Of a stretch of DNA of 64,000 nucleotides, positions 48,429 through 58,645 are shown in pieces. The position numbers were made by a program, and so were the translations under genes. A model generated the notes under the pieces. It did not search any database. It was not told where the DNA came from and saw nothing but the letters and a program-made list of their open reading frames with translations. Source of the stretch: Candidatus Atabeyarchaeum deiterrae (GTDB taxonomy: Archaea; Asgardarchaeota; Atabeyarchaeia; Atabeyarchaeales; Atabeyarchaeaceae). The stretch covers positions 1,152,001 through 1,216,000 of the forward strand of contig CP147780.1 of the NCBI GenBank assembly GCA_037310415.1. The letters run 5' to 3'. Every line of letters begins with the position of its first letter. Positions within the stretch are counted from its first letter, which is position 1.

Positions 48429-50792
48429 ATGAACGAGCGCATAGCGAAGTTGCGGGAACAGAGTTTGAGAGCCATTCCCACACTGGATCCAGAGAGAGCC
48501 ATGATGCTGACCGAGTTCTACAAAAGCAATGTCGCCGATCGAGTGTCAGTGCCAGTCAAGCGTGCACTAGCTTTCAAATACCTGCTTGAGAACAAGCAAC
48601 TCTGCATAAATGACGGAGAGTTAATCGTAGGAGAGAAGGGAAGAGCCCCAAAAGCAACACCGACGTTCCCGGAGTTATGTACTCACACTTTGAAGAATTT
48701 AGAAATCTTAGATTCCAGAAAAAAGATTCCGTTCAAAGTTGGTGAGGATACCTGGAAGATTTATAGTGACACGATTATTCCCTTCTGGAAGGGTCGGTCA
48801 ATCCGAGACAGAATATTCGAATCAGTTTCTGAGGAATGGAAAGCTGCTTATGAAGCCGGAGTCTTCACGGAGTTTCAGGAACAGCGAGCACCCGGGCACA
48901 CTGTTTTGGGGGATAAGATATACAAAAAGGGATTTGTTGATCTCAAACTGGAAATCCAGCAAGCCATCTCAAGTCTCGACTTCTTTAATGACCCGGAAGC
49001 AGTTGACAAAAGGGAAGAATTGAAAGCAATGGATATTGCCGCGGATGGATTGATGGCCTACGCAGAACGACACTCAAAAGTGTTGAAGGGGTTAGCCGAG
49101 AAAGAGAAGAGCACACAGCGGAAAGACGAATTGCTGAAAATGTCGGAAATCTGCCACTGGGTGCCGGCGCATTCGCCGAGAACCTTCTGGGAGGCACTGC
49201 AATATTACTGGTTTACGCATATTGGCGTAACCACAGAGCTAAACACGTGGGATTCCTTTAACCCTGGAAGACTAGATCAGCACCTATACCCGTTATACGA
49301 AAAAGAGCTCAGCGACGGCGCGTTGACCAAGGAACTTGCCAAAGAGTTGCTGCAAGCCTTTTGGATAAAGTTCAACAACCAACCTGCACCGCCAAAGGTT
49401 GGCGTAACTGCGCAAGAGAGTGCCACCTATACTGATTTTAGCTTGATCAATATCGGAGGGGTGAAGGAAGACGGATCAGATGCCACAAACGAGCTTTCTT
49501 ACCTGATCCTAGACATTGTCGATGAAATGCGACTATTGCAGCCTAGCTCCATGGTTCAACTGAGCAAAAAGACCCCTGACAGTTTGCTTAAACGGGCTAT
49601 CGACATCATAAAGACCGGTTTTGGTCAGCCGTCAGTATTCAACACCGAAGCAATCATTCAGGAAATGCTCCGGCAAGGCAAATCTTTGCAGGACGCCCGA
49701 AATGGCGGATCCAGTGGTTGTGTTGAGACTGGAGCATTCGGAAAAGAATGCTACATTCTGACCGGTTACTTCAACCTCGTAAAAGTACTGGAAATCACCC
49801 TGAACAACGGCATCGATCCAAGAACCGGAAAGCAGATCGGTCTGGAAACCGGTAATCCAACCTCCTTCAGAACTTTTGAAGAGCTTTTTAGCGCATTCGA
49901 GGTACAACTGGATTATTTCATCGACATCAAAATCAAGGGAAACAACATTATTGAAAGACTTTACTCAGAGTACATGCCTTCGCCCTTTCTCTCACTCTTA
50001 ATTGATGATTGCATAGCCAATGGTAAAGATTACAACAGCGGTGGAGCTAGATACAACAGTTCATACATCCAAGGTGTCGGTTTAGGTAGCATAACTGATT
50101 CAATGACTTCGATCAAATACAATGTCTATGACAAAGAACGTGTCAGCATGGAAGACCTTCTCAAGGTCTTGAAAGACAACTTTGACGGGTCTGAGTCTCT
50201 CAGGGAACGTTTTGTCTATGAAACTCCAAAATACGGAAACGACGACGACTATGCCGATCAAATCATGCAGACTATCTTTGAGAGCTACTTTAACGCAGTT
50301 GATGGACGACCTAATACCAAAGGGGGGTGCCATCGGATTAACCTCCTACCCACAACCGTCCATATTTATTTTGGTAGCTTGATAGGTGCCACGCCAGACG
50401 GGAGGAAAAGTGGTGAGCCTCTATCGGAGGGCGTTTCCCCCGTCCAAGGAGTTGACACAAACGGTCCCACCGCCGTCATCAAGTCCGTCTCGAAGATCGA
50501 TCACCTGCGAACAGGAGGAACTCTGTTAAACCAGAAGTTTTCTCCCCATCTTTTGTCAACAGAGGCAGGTATTGACAATCTGCTGCATCTCATCCGAACA
50601 CATTTCCGACTCGACAGCCACCACATTCAGTTCAACGTGATAGATGCTGAAACCCTGCGAGAAGCACAGAAGAATCCCGAAAAATTCAGAGACCTAATCG
50701 TAAGGGTCGCGGGGTACAGTGACTATTTTGTCGACCTCACACCCGAACTACAGAATGAAATCATAAAAAGAACAGAGCATGTAAGCTTCTAG
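48429..50792 (+). CDS. hypD: Glycyl radical enzyme, trans-4-hydroxy-L-proline dehydratase type
   Basis: RVAGYS Gly loop and SGCVE Cys loop; HypD-type segments EQRAPGH, NTWD, ES.TYTDF, YILTGY, LPTT.H. Confidence 0.85.
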   Translation: MNERIAKLREQSLRAIPTLDPERAMMLTEFYKSNVADRVSVPVKRALAFKYLLENKQLCINDGELIVGEKGRAPKATPTFPELCTHTLKNLEILDSRKKIPFKVGEDTWKIYSDTIIPFWKGRSIRDRIFESVSEEWKAAYEAGVFTEFQEQRAPGHTVLGDKIYKKGFVDLKLEIQQAISSLDFFNDPEAVDKREELKAMDIAADGLMAYAERHSKVLKGLAEKEKSTQRKDELLKMSEICHWVPAHSPRTFWEALQYYWFTHIGVTTELNTWDSFNPGRLDQHLYPLYEKELSDGALTKELAKELLQAFWIKFNNQPAPPKVGVTAQESATYTDFSLINIGGVKEDGSDATNELSYLILDIVDEMRLLQPSSMVQLSKKTPDSLLKRAIDIIKTGFGQPSVFNTEAIIQEMLRQGKSLQDARNGGSSGCVETGAFGKECYILTGYFNLVKVLEITLNNGIDPRTGKQIGLETGNPTSFRTFEELFSAFEVQLDYFIDIKIKGNNIIERLYSEYMPSPFLSLLIDDCIANGKDYNSGGARYNSSYIQGVGLGSITDSMTSIKYNVYDKERVSMEDLLKVLKDNFDGSESLRERFVYETPKYGNDDDYADQIMQTIFESYFNAVDGRPNTKGGCHRINLLPTTVHIYFGSLIGATPDGRKSGEPLSEGVSPVQGVDTNGPTAVIKSVSKIDHLRTGGTLLNQKFSPHLLSTEAGIDNLLHLIRTHFRLDSHHIQFNVIDAETLREAQKNPEKFRDLIVRVAGYSDYFVDLTPELQNEIIKRTEHVSF

Positions 50793-50950
50793 GTCCGACA
50801 GAAGTAGCGTTTCCCCGAATTCTGATGTTAAAATAGTTGGGGACGAGCCTTCTAGGCTTGATCTTATTCTTTAAGCGTTTCAAATACTTTTGAAATCAGC
50901 AAACATATTTATCTCCTTCAAGACGTCTCCTGAGACTGAAACCAGAAGTT

Positions 50951-51658
50951 GTGGAGAGATCATTTGTGAAAATAGGGATACTCAGCGATGGGAAATACGG
51001 CGACAGGGCATATGAGAACATCAAACGTAGATTTCCTGTTGAGTGGATTCTGGTTGAACCTCCTGAATCGTCGATTATAGACGACATAAAGTTAGATTTG
51101 CCTACTTGCGATCTGTACATATCTTATCTGAGACATCCTGACATCGTGTTGGCGCTCCTAGAAAAGAGAGTGCCGACAATTCTTGGAGTCAGTTTTGGTC
51201 TCGGCTTTCTAAATCAGGCAAAGAAAGTGTTTGGCAAGATACTCGCGCCTATGACGATGTGTTCCTTGGAAGACACCACAGATGTAAGGGTTTTCAATGA
51301 ATATGCAAGGCTCTACGGAAGACCGAACTTTGATGTTGAGCTTGACGGCGACAGAATCTCTCGCATAGATATTCTACGCGAGTCTCCTTGTGGCTCGACA
51401 AGGGGTGCAGTTGCTGATATTGTTGGTGTGCCTCTCTCAGTTGAAATGATGCAATTTTTCGCTCTAAGAGTCTGTCATTTCTGCCGCGCACCGAGGTTTG
51501 GGAGGACTTGCGATAAGGAGTTCTCTGGTGTTTTACACCTCCATGAATTGCTGAAATCAGTTCTTAGATCCTCACCTGATGCCCAGAAAAGTATTGGCGG
51601 CTATGCAAGCGAAATTGAGACAATGTACTTGGAGAAGCTCAATGCCAAACCAATGTGA
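50951..51658 (+). CDS. DUF166-family protein
   Basis: GKYG.RA, HPD, P..MCSL, FGRP-like YGRP, RESPCGST. Confidence 0.7.
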   Translation: MERSFVKIGILSDGKYGDRAYENIKRRFPVEWILVEPPESSIIDDIKLDLPTCDLYISYLRHPDIVLALLEKRVPTILGVSFGLGFLNQAKKVFGKILAPMTMCSLEDTTDVRVFNEYARLYGRPNFDVELDGDRISRIDILRESPCGSTRGAVADIVGVPLSVEMMQFFALRVCHFCRAPRFGRTCDKEFSGVLHLHELLKSVLRSSPDAQKSIGGYASEIETMYLEKLNAKPM

Positions 51659-51717
51659 GCAAAAAAAAAAGAATCCACAACCAATTTTGATACTGCATCA
51701 GAGAAGAAACTGTTTTC

Positions 51718-52350
51718 TTACGATGCCATCAGTTGCTTTATGTGCTTCACACCCGCTACGGCATCATCAGCATAATCGTCGGCACCGAATTTCTTTGCGG
51801 ACTCCATGTTCAGAGGTGCTCCGCCAACAATCATTTTGACCTTCTTCCTGATGCCAGCTTCTTTCAGCGCTTTGTCTACTATTGCTATTTCTGGAGCAGT
51901 CATCGCAAGGAGAGAGCTCAACGCAAGCACTCTGGCATTTGACTCTTTCATGGTCTTAACAATGTCTTTTTCATTGACATTTGTACCCAAGTCAATGATT
52001 CTGAAGCCAGCTGACATTAACATTGAGACGAGTATGTTTTTGCCGATGTCGTGGTTGTCTCCTTTGACAGTTGCAAGCACCACTGTTTGTTTGTTTCCCT
52101 TTTCTTCTGATTTTAGGTGTGGTTCGAGGATCTTGAATGCCTCTTTCATCGTTTCTCCTGCCAGCACTAGGTCAGTGAGGTAGTATTCCATTGCTTCGTA
52201 TCGTCTTCCTACCTCATCCATACCTTCGGTGAGTGCGTTAAGGATTTCTTGGGAACTTGTCCCCTTATCTAATTCCGACTGGACTGCGCCGGCGATCTCT
52301 TCAGCAGCCAAGTTCACGAGTAGCTTACGGATTGAATCCAATGTCATCAC
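51718..52350 (-). CDS. Methyltransferase cognate corrinoid protein
   Basis: YYLTDLVLAG, GDNHDIGKN, SSL, VGGAP; T10 tract downstream at 51661-51670. Confidence 0.93.
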   Translation of the reverse strand: MMTLDSIRKLLVNLAAEEIAGAVQSELDKGTSSQEILNALTEGMDEVGRRYEAMEYYLTDLVLAGETMKEAFKILEPHLKSEEKGNKQTVVLATVKGDNHDIGKNILVSMLMSAGFRIIDLGTNVNEKDIVKTMKESNARVLALSSLLAMTAPEIAIVDKALKEAGIRKKVKMIVGGAPLNMESAKKFGADDYADDAVAGVKHIKQLMAS

Positions 52351-52508
52351 ATCACCTCAAGAACCACTCGGATAAGTTAGAGCGGGGATGGTCGAGCGAA
52401 ATTTTTCATATGACTACTCGTTGGTTGAGAGTTAAAAAGACTTGCTCAAGTGGAGAACCACCATGTATCTTGAAATATCTGGTTCGCGTAATGAGAGACT
52501 TGGGTGGT

Positions 52509-53681
52509 ATGATGGACGCGCCGACAAGGGTTTTGAAGTCTATGAATCACGAGGAGCCTGATCGAGTGCCTGCTTTCGAGGCTGCTTTCACAAACAATAC
52601 TATCATGGCTCATTACGGTGTGCCTTCTACTGGTGGTCTGACAGGCGGGCTGGATACTATCAAGAACTTGCCAAACAAAGACCAGATAGTGAGAATGGCT
52701 CTGAAAAGCCGTGAGTTTGTCGCCAAGGGACTCGAAAACGGCTATGAGTTCTCTCGCAGAATCAAGTTGGACATCACACTGAGCGTGTCTTCAGTCTTCC
52801 CAAGGAAGGTGCTGGAGGAAGGCTGGATCGACGAGTACGGTCGAATCATGAAACTTGAGAGATATGCAGGCGATGGAACCGTGATTCTGGGATATCACGG
52901 GGGTCATTTCCGTGATTTCAGTGATTATGAGAGCTGGGAGCAACCCGATCCCGCTGACGAGATTCGCCTAACAGGCTTTCTCGCAGGTAGAGACGTGCAG
53001 AAGAAAATGGACAATGAAATTTTCGCGGTTCCCTCTACAGGTGCAATGATGGAATGCACTTGGCAGGGTTTTGGTCTGGAAAGATTCTCAAGACTACTTG
53101 CCCATGGAAAGGAAATCAAGAAAGTGTTCGACGATAGAGGCAAGTTTACTCTCGAGCTGGTAAAGATACTGGCTGAGAATAATGGGCAGATGGTCTTGCT
53201 TTGGGACGATTATGGATACAAGAACGGGCTCTTCATGAGTCCTCGAAATTACCGTACATATGTGTTTCCTTGGCTTAGGCAGATCTGTCAAGCGGCTCAC
53301 AAACATGACTGCAGGATACTACTTCATTCGGATGGCGATCTTCTTCAGATTTTTCAGGACATAATTGACTGCGGGGTTGATGCACTTAACCCAATAGAAC
53401 CTACAACTGCAAATCCAGAGTATGATATCTTCAAACTCCACGAGAAATACGGGGACAAAATAACATTTGTAGGGAACATTAGTCCCATGATGCTCGCGAC
53501 GGGTAGCATAAAGGAAATCGAGGACTACTCCAAGAAACTTATACGTGAGTTGGCCCCCGGAGGGGGATATATTTTCAGTAGCGGTCACAGCATCAATCCA
53601 GCTGTGACTGTGGATCGCTGGCAAGCCGTGATGAAAACCCGTGAGAATTTCGGCAACTACCCGATAAACGTGCCCAAATAG
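52509..53681 (+). CDS. Uroporphyrinogen decarboxylase/MtaA-CmuA-like methyltransferase family protein
   Basis: EPDRVP, DEYG, DDYG....L.MSP, LHSDG, GNI, GGYIFSSGHSI; divergent from a corrinoid gene. ATG 52509 preferred to the ORF-track start. Confidence 0.85.
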   Translation: MMDAPTRVLKSMNHEEPDRVPAFEAAFTNNTIMAHYGVPSTGGLTGGLDTIKNLPNKDQIVRMALKSREFVAKGLENGYEFSRRIKLDITLSVSSVFPRKVLEEGWIDEYGRIMKLERYAGDGTVILGYHGGHFRDFSDYESWEQPDPADEIRLTGFLAGRDVQKKMDNEIFAVPSTGAMMECTWQGFGLERFSRLLAHGKEIKKVFDDRGKFTLELVKILAENNGQMVLLWDDYGYKNGLFMSPRNYRTYVFPWLRQICQAAHKHDCRILLHSDGDLLQIFQDIIDCGVDALNPIEPTTANPEYDIFKLHEKYGDKITFVGNISPMMLATGSIKEIEDYSKKLIRELAPGGGYIFSSGHSINPAVTVDRWQAVMKTRENFGNYPINVPK

Positions 53682-53733
53682 TGCCATGTCTCATCTCTGG
53701 GTTGAATGAGAATCTGATTGCAAAGGTGTTAAT

Positions 53734-55002
53734 GTGTTACGCGTGTTGATTTATGAATATGTTACAGGTGGAGGTTTTCTGGAAAAACCAACCTTCCCCT
53801 CAATCTTGAGCGAGGCATATGCAATATTGAATGCATTGCTCGAAGATTTTTCAGGTAATGAGGGATATGAGACTACTACAATACTGGATAATAGGCTAGC
53901 GGAAAATGCTGAGACGAAAGCCGCCAGAAGGATAGTCCGCATCTCGTCCAATGCTGGACTAGACTTGGCGTTGAAATCTGCTCTATCAGAAGTTGACGCA
54001 GCAATAGTCGTTGCTCCCGAAACCGAAGGGATGTTGGGGAAACTTACGAAAACAGTTGAAGAGAACGGAGGCCCCATTCTACTTGGATCCAATTCAGAGG
54101 CTTTGAAATGTGTTTCAAATAAGAAGACCGCTCTGGAACTGGCCAAGTCGATAGGTACACCTGTTCCTGAAACAGCAAGCGCGTCAGTATCTCAAGGTGA
54201 GAATGCGATTTACGCTCTGGCTCGAGACATCGGTCTACCTGTTATCATAAAGCCTCAGAGCGGCGCTGGCTGTGAGAGCGTCTATGTCATCAATAGCCGC
54301 AAGGACTTGACCAGAATGATCGAGATTGCGGGTGGAATAAGAGGCAATAGGGAACTGCTTGTGCAGGAGTACGTAAAAGGAATAGATGCCAGTGTTAGTG
54401 CCCTTGTTTCCAGAGACGGACACATCACTCCGCTTTCCCTCAATAGGCAACAAGTTGAACTCAAATCCCCAAGTGAGAAAGGCTCCTCCTATCAAGGTGG
54501 CTACACCCCTTTTGATCATCCTTTGTTGTCGGACACCTTCGACTCAGCACGTAAGATCGCTGAAACCGTGCAAGGGCTGAGAGGATACATAGGCATCGAT
54601 TTTGTGTTGACAGACGACAGGCCGGTATTCATGGAATTGAACGCCAGAATCACAACCTCGTATACTGGGTTGTGTCGAGTACTTCGAAGCAATGGAAGAA
54701 AAGGTGTAGCGAAGGCGATTGTAGATGCGTCAACCAAATCTGGGTTGCCCAAGCACATTACGTTCGATGGCTTTGCAGGCTACTCTAAGTTCAAGTTGGA
54801 TCCCAATGCTAGACTTAGTTCAGAGGCGATTCATAAACTATCAACCATGGATTCTGTTCAGTCTCCTCCATTCTTGGAGCAAGAAGGAGAAAAGGAAGTC
54901 TTCTTGGTCAACGTTGGTGCGTCGCTAAGTGACGTTTGGAAAACAAGGTCCCGTAGCGAGGAAAAGATCAGACAGGCAATTACCACTTCTGTAGGAGTTT
55001 GA
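53734..55002 (+). CDS. mfnD: ATP-grasp tyramine-L-glutamate ligase (methanofuran biosynthesis)
   Basis: YEYVTGGG, VAPE, KPQSGAGC, QEYVKG..AS, LNRQ, GYIGID, ELNARITTSY; gene context. Confidence 0.82.
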   Translation: MLRVLIYEYVTGGGFLEKPTFPSILSEAYAILNALLEDFSGNEGYETTTILDNRLAENAETKAARRIVRISSNAGLDLALKSALSEVDAAIVVAPETEGMLGKLTKTVEENGGPILLGSNSEALKCVSNKKTALELAKSIGTPVPETASASVSQGENAIYALARDIGLPVIIKPQSGAGCESVYVINSRKDLTRMIEIAGGIRGNRELLVQEYVKGIDASVSALVSRDGHITPLSLNRQQVELKSPSEKGSSYQGGYTPFDHPLLSDTFDSARKIAETVQGLRGYIGIDFVLTDDRPVFMELNARITTSYTGLCRVLRSNGRKGVAKAIVDASTKSGLPKHITFDGFAGYSKFKLDPNARLSSEAIHKLSTMDSVQSPPFLEQEGEKEVFLVNVGASLSDVWKTRSRSEEKIRQAITTSVGV

Positions 55003-55008
55003 AAGGAC

Positions 55009-56109
55009 TTGAGCAATCGTGTGATTCTTGGTTGGGACATTGGGGGAGCAAATACCAAAGCCTCCCTGGTCGAGTTCAAAGGTGACAAGAAAATCAAAAT
55101 CAAAAGTATCATAAGGTACTTCCCAATCTGGCTTGAAGGCAAAGAGAGGCTGCCGGAGGTACTGAAAGAACTGAAAGAGGAACTGCTCAAGGGTCAGAGA
55201 ATCGACGGCATTGCAGTCACGATGACAGCGGAGCTCTCAGATGCATATTACACCAAACGGGAAGGAGTGAATCATGTTCTAGATAGTCTGATGATTGCCT
55301 TCTCAGACGCCGACTGCGTAATCCGCATAGTGGATGCGAATGCAGATCTTAGAACGGTCGAGGAAGCACGGTCTGGGTATTTGATGGTCGCTGCGGCAAA
55401 CTGGTCTGCAACTGCTTGGTTAGTGGGCAAGCGCTTGAAAGACACTATTCTCCTTGACACAGGTTCAACTACAACGGATATTATTCCGATAAAGGGAGGT
55501 AAGATTGTCGCAGCCGGCAGAACCGATCCTGAGAGACTCGTATCTGGAGAACTTGTCTTTACCGGAGCACTTCGAACACCGATTTCTGCCATAATAGGTA
55601 TTTTGACGTACAAAAACAAGCCTTGTAGAGTTTCTTCTGAGAAGTTTGCTATCTCTGCGGATGTCCACTTGGTTCTTGAGCACATCACTGAGGACGAGTA
55701 CACATGTGACACGGCAGATGGAAGGAGTAAGAGCCAGAAGGACTCCGCTGCTAGGATAGCGAGAGTCATTTGCGCCGACATAGAGATGCTGGCCGATGCT
55801 GAGATAATCCTTCTAGCTAAGAAGATCTATGAAGCACAGCTTGAAACAATTAGCAATGCTCTCTCACAGGTTGCAGACAGACTCTGCATTACAGGCAAAT
55901 CAAGAAGGAACTATCCGATAGCCGTCGCTGGCATGGGACGACGGTTCCTAGCAGCTGAGGCAGCAAGAAAAGTAGGCTTTATGAAGATAATCGACCTTGC
56001 AGATGTTTTGAATGAACAAGGCGCGGCGACAGCCCCTTCGGCAGCAGCCGCGGTTATGTTGAATGAATACCTGACGAAGAAACGAGTAGAAATGAATCAC
56101 ATCCCTTAA
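55009..56109 (+). CDS. mfnF: Methanofuran biosynthesis coupling enzyme (hydantoinase/oxoprolinase-like fold)
   Basis: GWDIGGANTK, TMTAELSD, AAANW, DTGSTTTDIIP, ELVFTG..RT, TADG. Confidence 0.85.
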   Translation: MSNRVILGWDIGGANTKASLVEFKGDKKIKIKSIIRYFPIWLEGKERLPEVLKELKEELLKGQRIDGIAVTMTAELSDAYYTKREGVNHVLDSLMIAFSDADCVIRIVDANADLRTVEEARSGYLMVAAANWSATAWLVGKRLKDTILLDTGSTTTDIIPIKGGKIVAAGRTDPERLVSGELVFTGALRTPISAIIGILTYKNKPCRVSSEKFAISADVHLVLEHITEDEYTCDTADGRSKSQKDSAARIARVICADIEMLADAEIILLAKKIYEAQLETISNALSQVADRLCITGKSRRNYPIAVAGMGRRFLAAEAARKVGFMKIIDLADVLNEQGAATAPSAAAAVMLNEYLTKKRVEMNHIP

Positions 56110-56136
56110 ATTAAGGCAACCAGAACAGTAGGCTTA

Positions 56137-56850
56137 TTGCCTAGTCAGGAAGGATCAGAAGTGAAACGAGTTATTGATGCAGTAGTAAAGATCGGTGGAA
56201 GCGTCCTCCTCAACTGCCGTGATTCAATTAGACCACTTTTTGCGAAGATTGCTGAAATCGCCAAGATATTCAGGTTGGTTGCAACCCCAGGGGGCGGCTC
56301 ATTCGCGGATGAGGTTCGCAGAATCCATAAAGAGTTCGAACTGTCGGATACTACTGTGCATTGGATGGCCATACTAGCAATGGATCAGAATGCTTTCATC
56401 ATAAACCAGTTCTTAGAAGGGTCACACGTTGTTTCCGATGTGAGTGACGCTCGAAGAATCACCAAAGGGCACCGCGTTGCCATTCTTGCGCCATTCAGGT
56501 TGATGCGAAACAGAGATCCCTTACCACACTCTTGGAGTGTCACAAGTGACTCTATTGCAGCCTACGTAGCAAAGTCCATGCGAGCCCGCATGGTTATTCT
56601 CTTGAAAGATGTCGACGGATTGTACACGGATGATCCAAAAAGAGTCATGGATGCAACTCTAATAGAGAAGACGACAGCTAACGAGTTAATCGAGAAGATG
56701 ACCAGACCCACGTGTATTGACAAGATGCTGCCGAAGATACTCAGGAATAGCAGGGTAAGAGTCCACATCGTTAATGGATCGTTCCCCGAGAGACTCGAAA
56801 ATATTCTCAAAGGAGAACCCACAATAGAAACGGTAATACTGCCTTCTTGA
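56137..56850 (+). CDS. mfnE: Amino-acid-kinase family F1-phosphate kinase (methanofuran biosynthesis)
   Basis: VKIGGS, PGGG.FAD.VR, HWMAI.AMDQ, HSWSVTSDSIA, KDVDG. Start may be GTG 56161. Confidence 0.82.
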   Translation: MPSQEGSEVKRVIDAVVKIGGSVLLNCRDSIRPLFAKIAEIAKIFRLVATPGGGSFADEVRRIHKEFELSDTTVHWMAILAMDQNAFIINQFLEGSHVVSDVSDARRITKGHRVAILAPFRLMRNRDPLPHSWSVTSDSIAAYVAKSMRARMVILLKDVDGLYTDDPKRVMDATLIEKTTANELIEKMTRPTCIDKMLPKILRNSRVRVHIVNGSFPERLENILKGEPTIETVILPS

Positions 56851-56862
56851 CTGAGGCCTATG

Positions 56863-57639
56863 TCAAACTACAACTTCTCCCCTTGCTAGGTTTCCCTTCA
56901 AACCAGTATCGGATTCCGTTTCCTTGATGGCATCAATGAGTTCTCGCACCTTCCATCTACTTATTCTGCCACTAACCCGATTTAGACCTTCGCAGACCGC
57001 TGTACGCACGCCGATGACGTCAACCTTGAGTTTGGTTAGGATGCTAACATCCGCCTTCTGAAGTGAACCAGCCAGAGCAGCGGACAATCCTCGGTCATGT
57101 GATCTTTCGACGAAGAGATCTAGATCGGTTGAAGTTAGGAAGTCAAACAGCCTTCTCCCATCCTTCAGTTTTGTGTCAATCATAGCTACGTGAGACCCAG
57201 ATTTCGCAGCAATCTCAGGGATCAAAAGAGGATCAAGGGTTCCAGTTCGTTTCCAGTCAGCGTAAGCAGCTGCGACAACTTTGATGGATGGATCCCACTC
57301 TTTCACAGAACGGACAACGTTACCCATCAGAAACACGGCATCACTGAAGGAACTGGGACCAAGAAGACCAACCTTAACATAGTTCGCACCAACGGCTGCA
57401 GCGCCTAGTGCCGCAAGCGACGCCGTCCCAGGAAGATTGGGAAGGTCACCCAATGTTGCCGAGACCTCGATGTTTCGTGGAACAAGCTTCCTGATCCGTC
57501 GTATGACCCAAGGAAAATTGGCGCCTAGAGATCCTTCAGAGGGGTTCTTGACATCGATTATGTCCGCGCCGCCAGATACTGCCTCAAGTGCTTCATCTTC
57601 GTCCTTTGGTGAGACTAGTAACTTCACTTCTCTGTTCAC
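56863..57639 (-). CDS. mfnB: (5-formylfuran-3-yl)methyl phosphate synthase
   Basis: LLVSP...EA, GGADIIDVKNPSEGSLGANFPW, SATLGD, YVKVG, LAGS, GVR.AVC. Confidence 0.92.
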   Translation of the reverse strand: MNREVKLLVSPKDEDEALEAVSGGADIIDVKNPSEGSLGANFPWVIRRIRKLVPRNIEVSATLGDLPNLPGTASLAALGAAAVGANYVKVGLLGPSSFSDAVFLMGNVVRSVKEWDPSIKVVAAAYADWKRTGTLDPLLIPEIAAKSGSHVAMIDTKLKDGRRLFDFLTSTDLDLFVERSHDRGLSAALAGSLQKADVSILTKLKVDVIGVRTAVCEGLNRVSGRISRWKVRELIDAIKETESDTGLKGNLARGEVVV

Positions 57640-57862
57640 AACCTCGAAATATGCTCTAGGATTCGCCTGTGATCTCCGTCAAACCCACGCATTCCTCACT
57701 CTTAGAGTAATAAAATCGTTACCCTCCTTAAAATCTTATTCTCCCAAAGTATGGGAAGAAATGTGGGTGTCCCTGTGAAATCTCTGACTAGCGTGCTCTC
57801 GGAAATCTTTAATAGCTGGTATCCGAGGAAAATGTCACCATCGTGAGAGGGGTGGAGCTAGC

Positions 57863-58639
57863 TTGAGTCAGAAAACTGAGACTCCAGGTAAAACTAAAGA
57901 CCACATAGGCGTTAGAGCTCACAATCTCTCGAAGCGCTACGGTCGCGTCATGGCATTGAGTGGGCTTAACATGGAAGTGCCTTATGGCCAGATCCACGGG
58001 CTAGTTGGACCCAATGGGGCTGGCAAAAGCACTGCACTCAAGATCCTTTGCGGGATCACGACCCCTACCGAAGGTGTAAGTAGCATAGCAGGTTTTGATG
58101 TTGAAGACGAGCCAGAGAAAGCTAAGGCCAACCTAGGTTACATTCCAGAGGAGTCTTACGGCTACGACGCCCTAACTGTGAGAGAGTTTCTCAGTTTTGT
58201 TACAAGACTATACGACGTACCGCCGAATACCGCGCAGAAGCAAGTCAAGAAATACGTGGGTCAGTTCAAGCTTGAGGAGTATCTCGGAAGGTACATGGGT
58301 GAGTTATCAAGAGGGTTCGCACACCGTGTGGTACTGTGCTCGCTATTCATTCACGAACCAAAGGTTTTCCTCCTAGATGATCCATTCAATAGCCTTGATC
58401 CTTACTCTTCTTGGCTCCTAAAAAAGATCCTAGTCGACAAGCGCAAAGAGGGACGAACCGTGATCTTGGCTACTCACTTGCTCGACATAGCTGAGAAGAT
58501 CTGCGACTCATTCACCGTGCTGGATCGAGGAGTTACTATAGCGAAAGGTACGCTTCAAGAATTTCGCTCCGAGTTGAGGTTGAATTCGCTTGAAGAGATA
58601 TTCCTGAAGCTCACAGAGAAGAGTGAGAGGCTGGGGTAG
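57863..58639 (+). CDS. ABC transporter ATP-binding protein
   Basis: GPNGAGKST, degenerate signature LSRGF, Walker B FLLDDP, H-loop ATH. Confidence 0.9.
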   Translation: MSQKTETPGKTKDHIGVRAHNLSKRYGRVMALSGLNMEVPYGQIHGLVGPNGAGKSTALKILCGITTPTEGVSSIAGFDVEDEPEKAKANLGYIPEESYGYDALTVREFLSFVTRLYDVPPNTAQKQVKKYVGQFKLEEYLGRYMGELSRGFAHRVVLCSLFIHEPKVFLLDDPFNSLDPYSSWLLKKILVDKRKEGRTVILATHLLDIAEKICDSFTVLDRGVTIAKGTLQEFRSELRLNSLEEIFLKLTEKSERLG

Positions 58640-58645
58640 AGCGAC

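Noticed and set aside
10943-53681. Pyrrolysine or selenocysteine read-through in corrinoid, FdhD or methyltransferase genes
   Set aside because: All are full length at their first stop codon; no homologous sequence continues beyond TAG or TGA.
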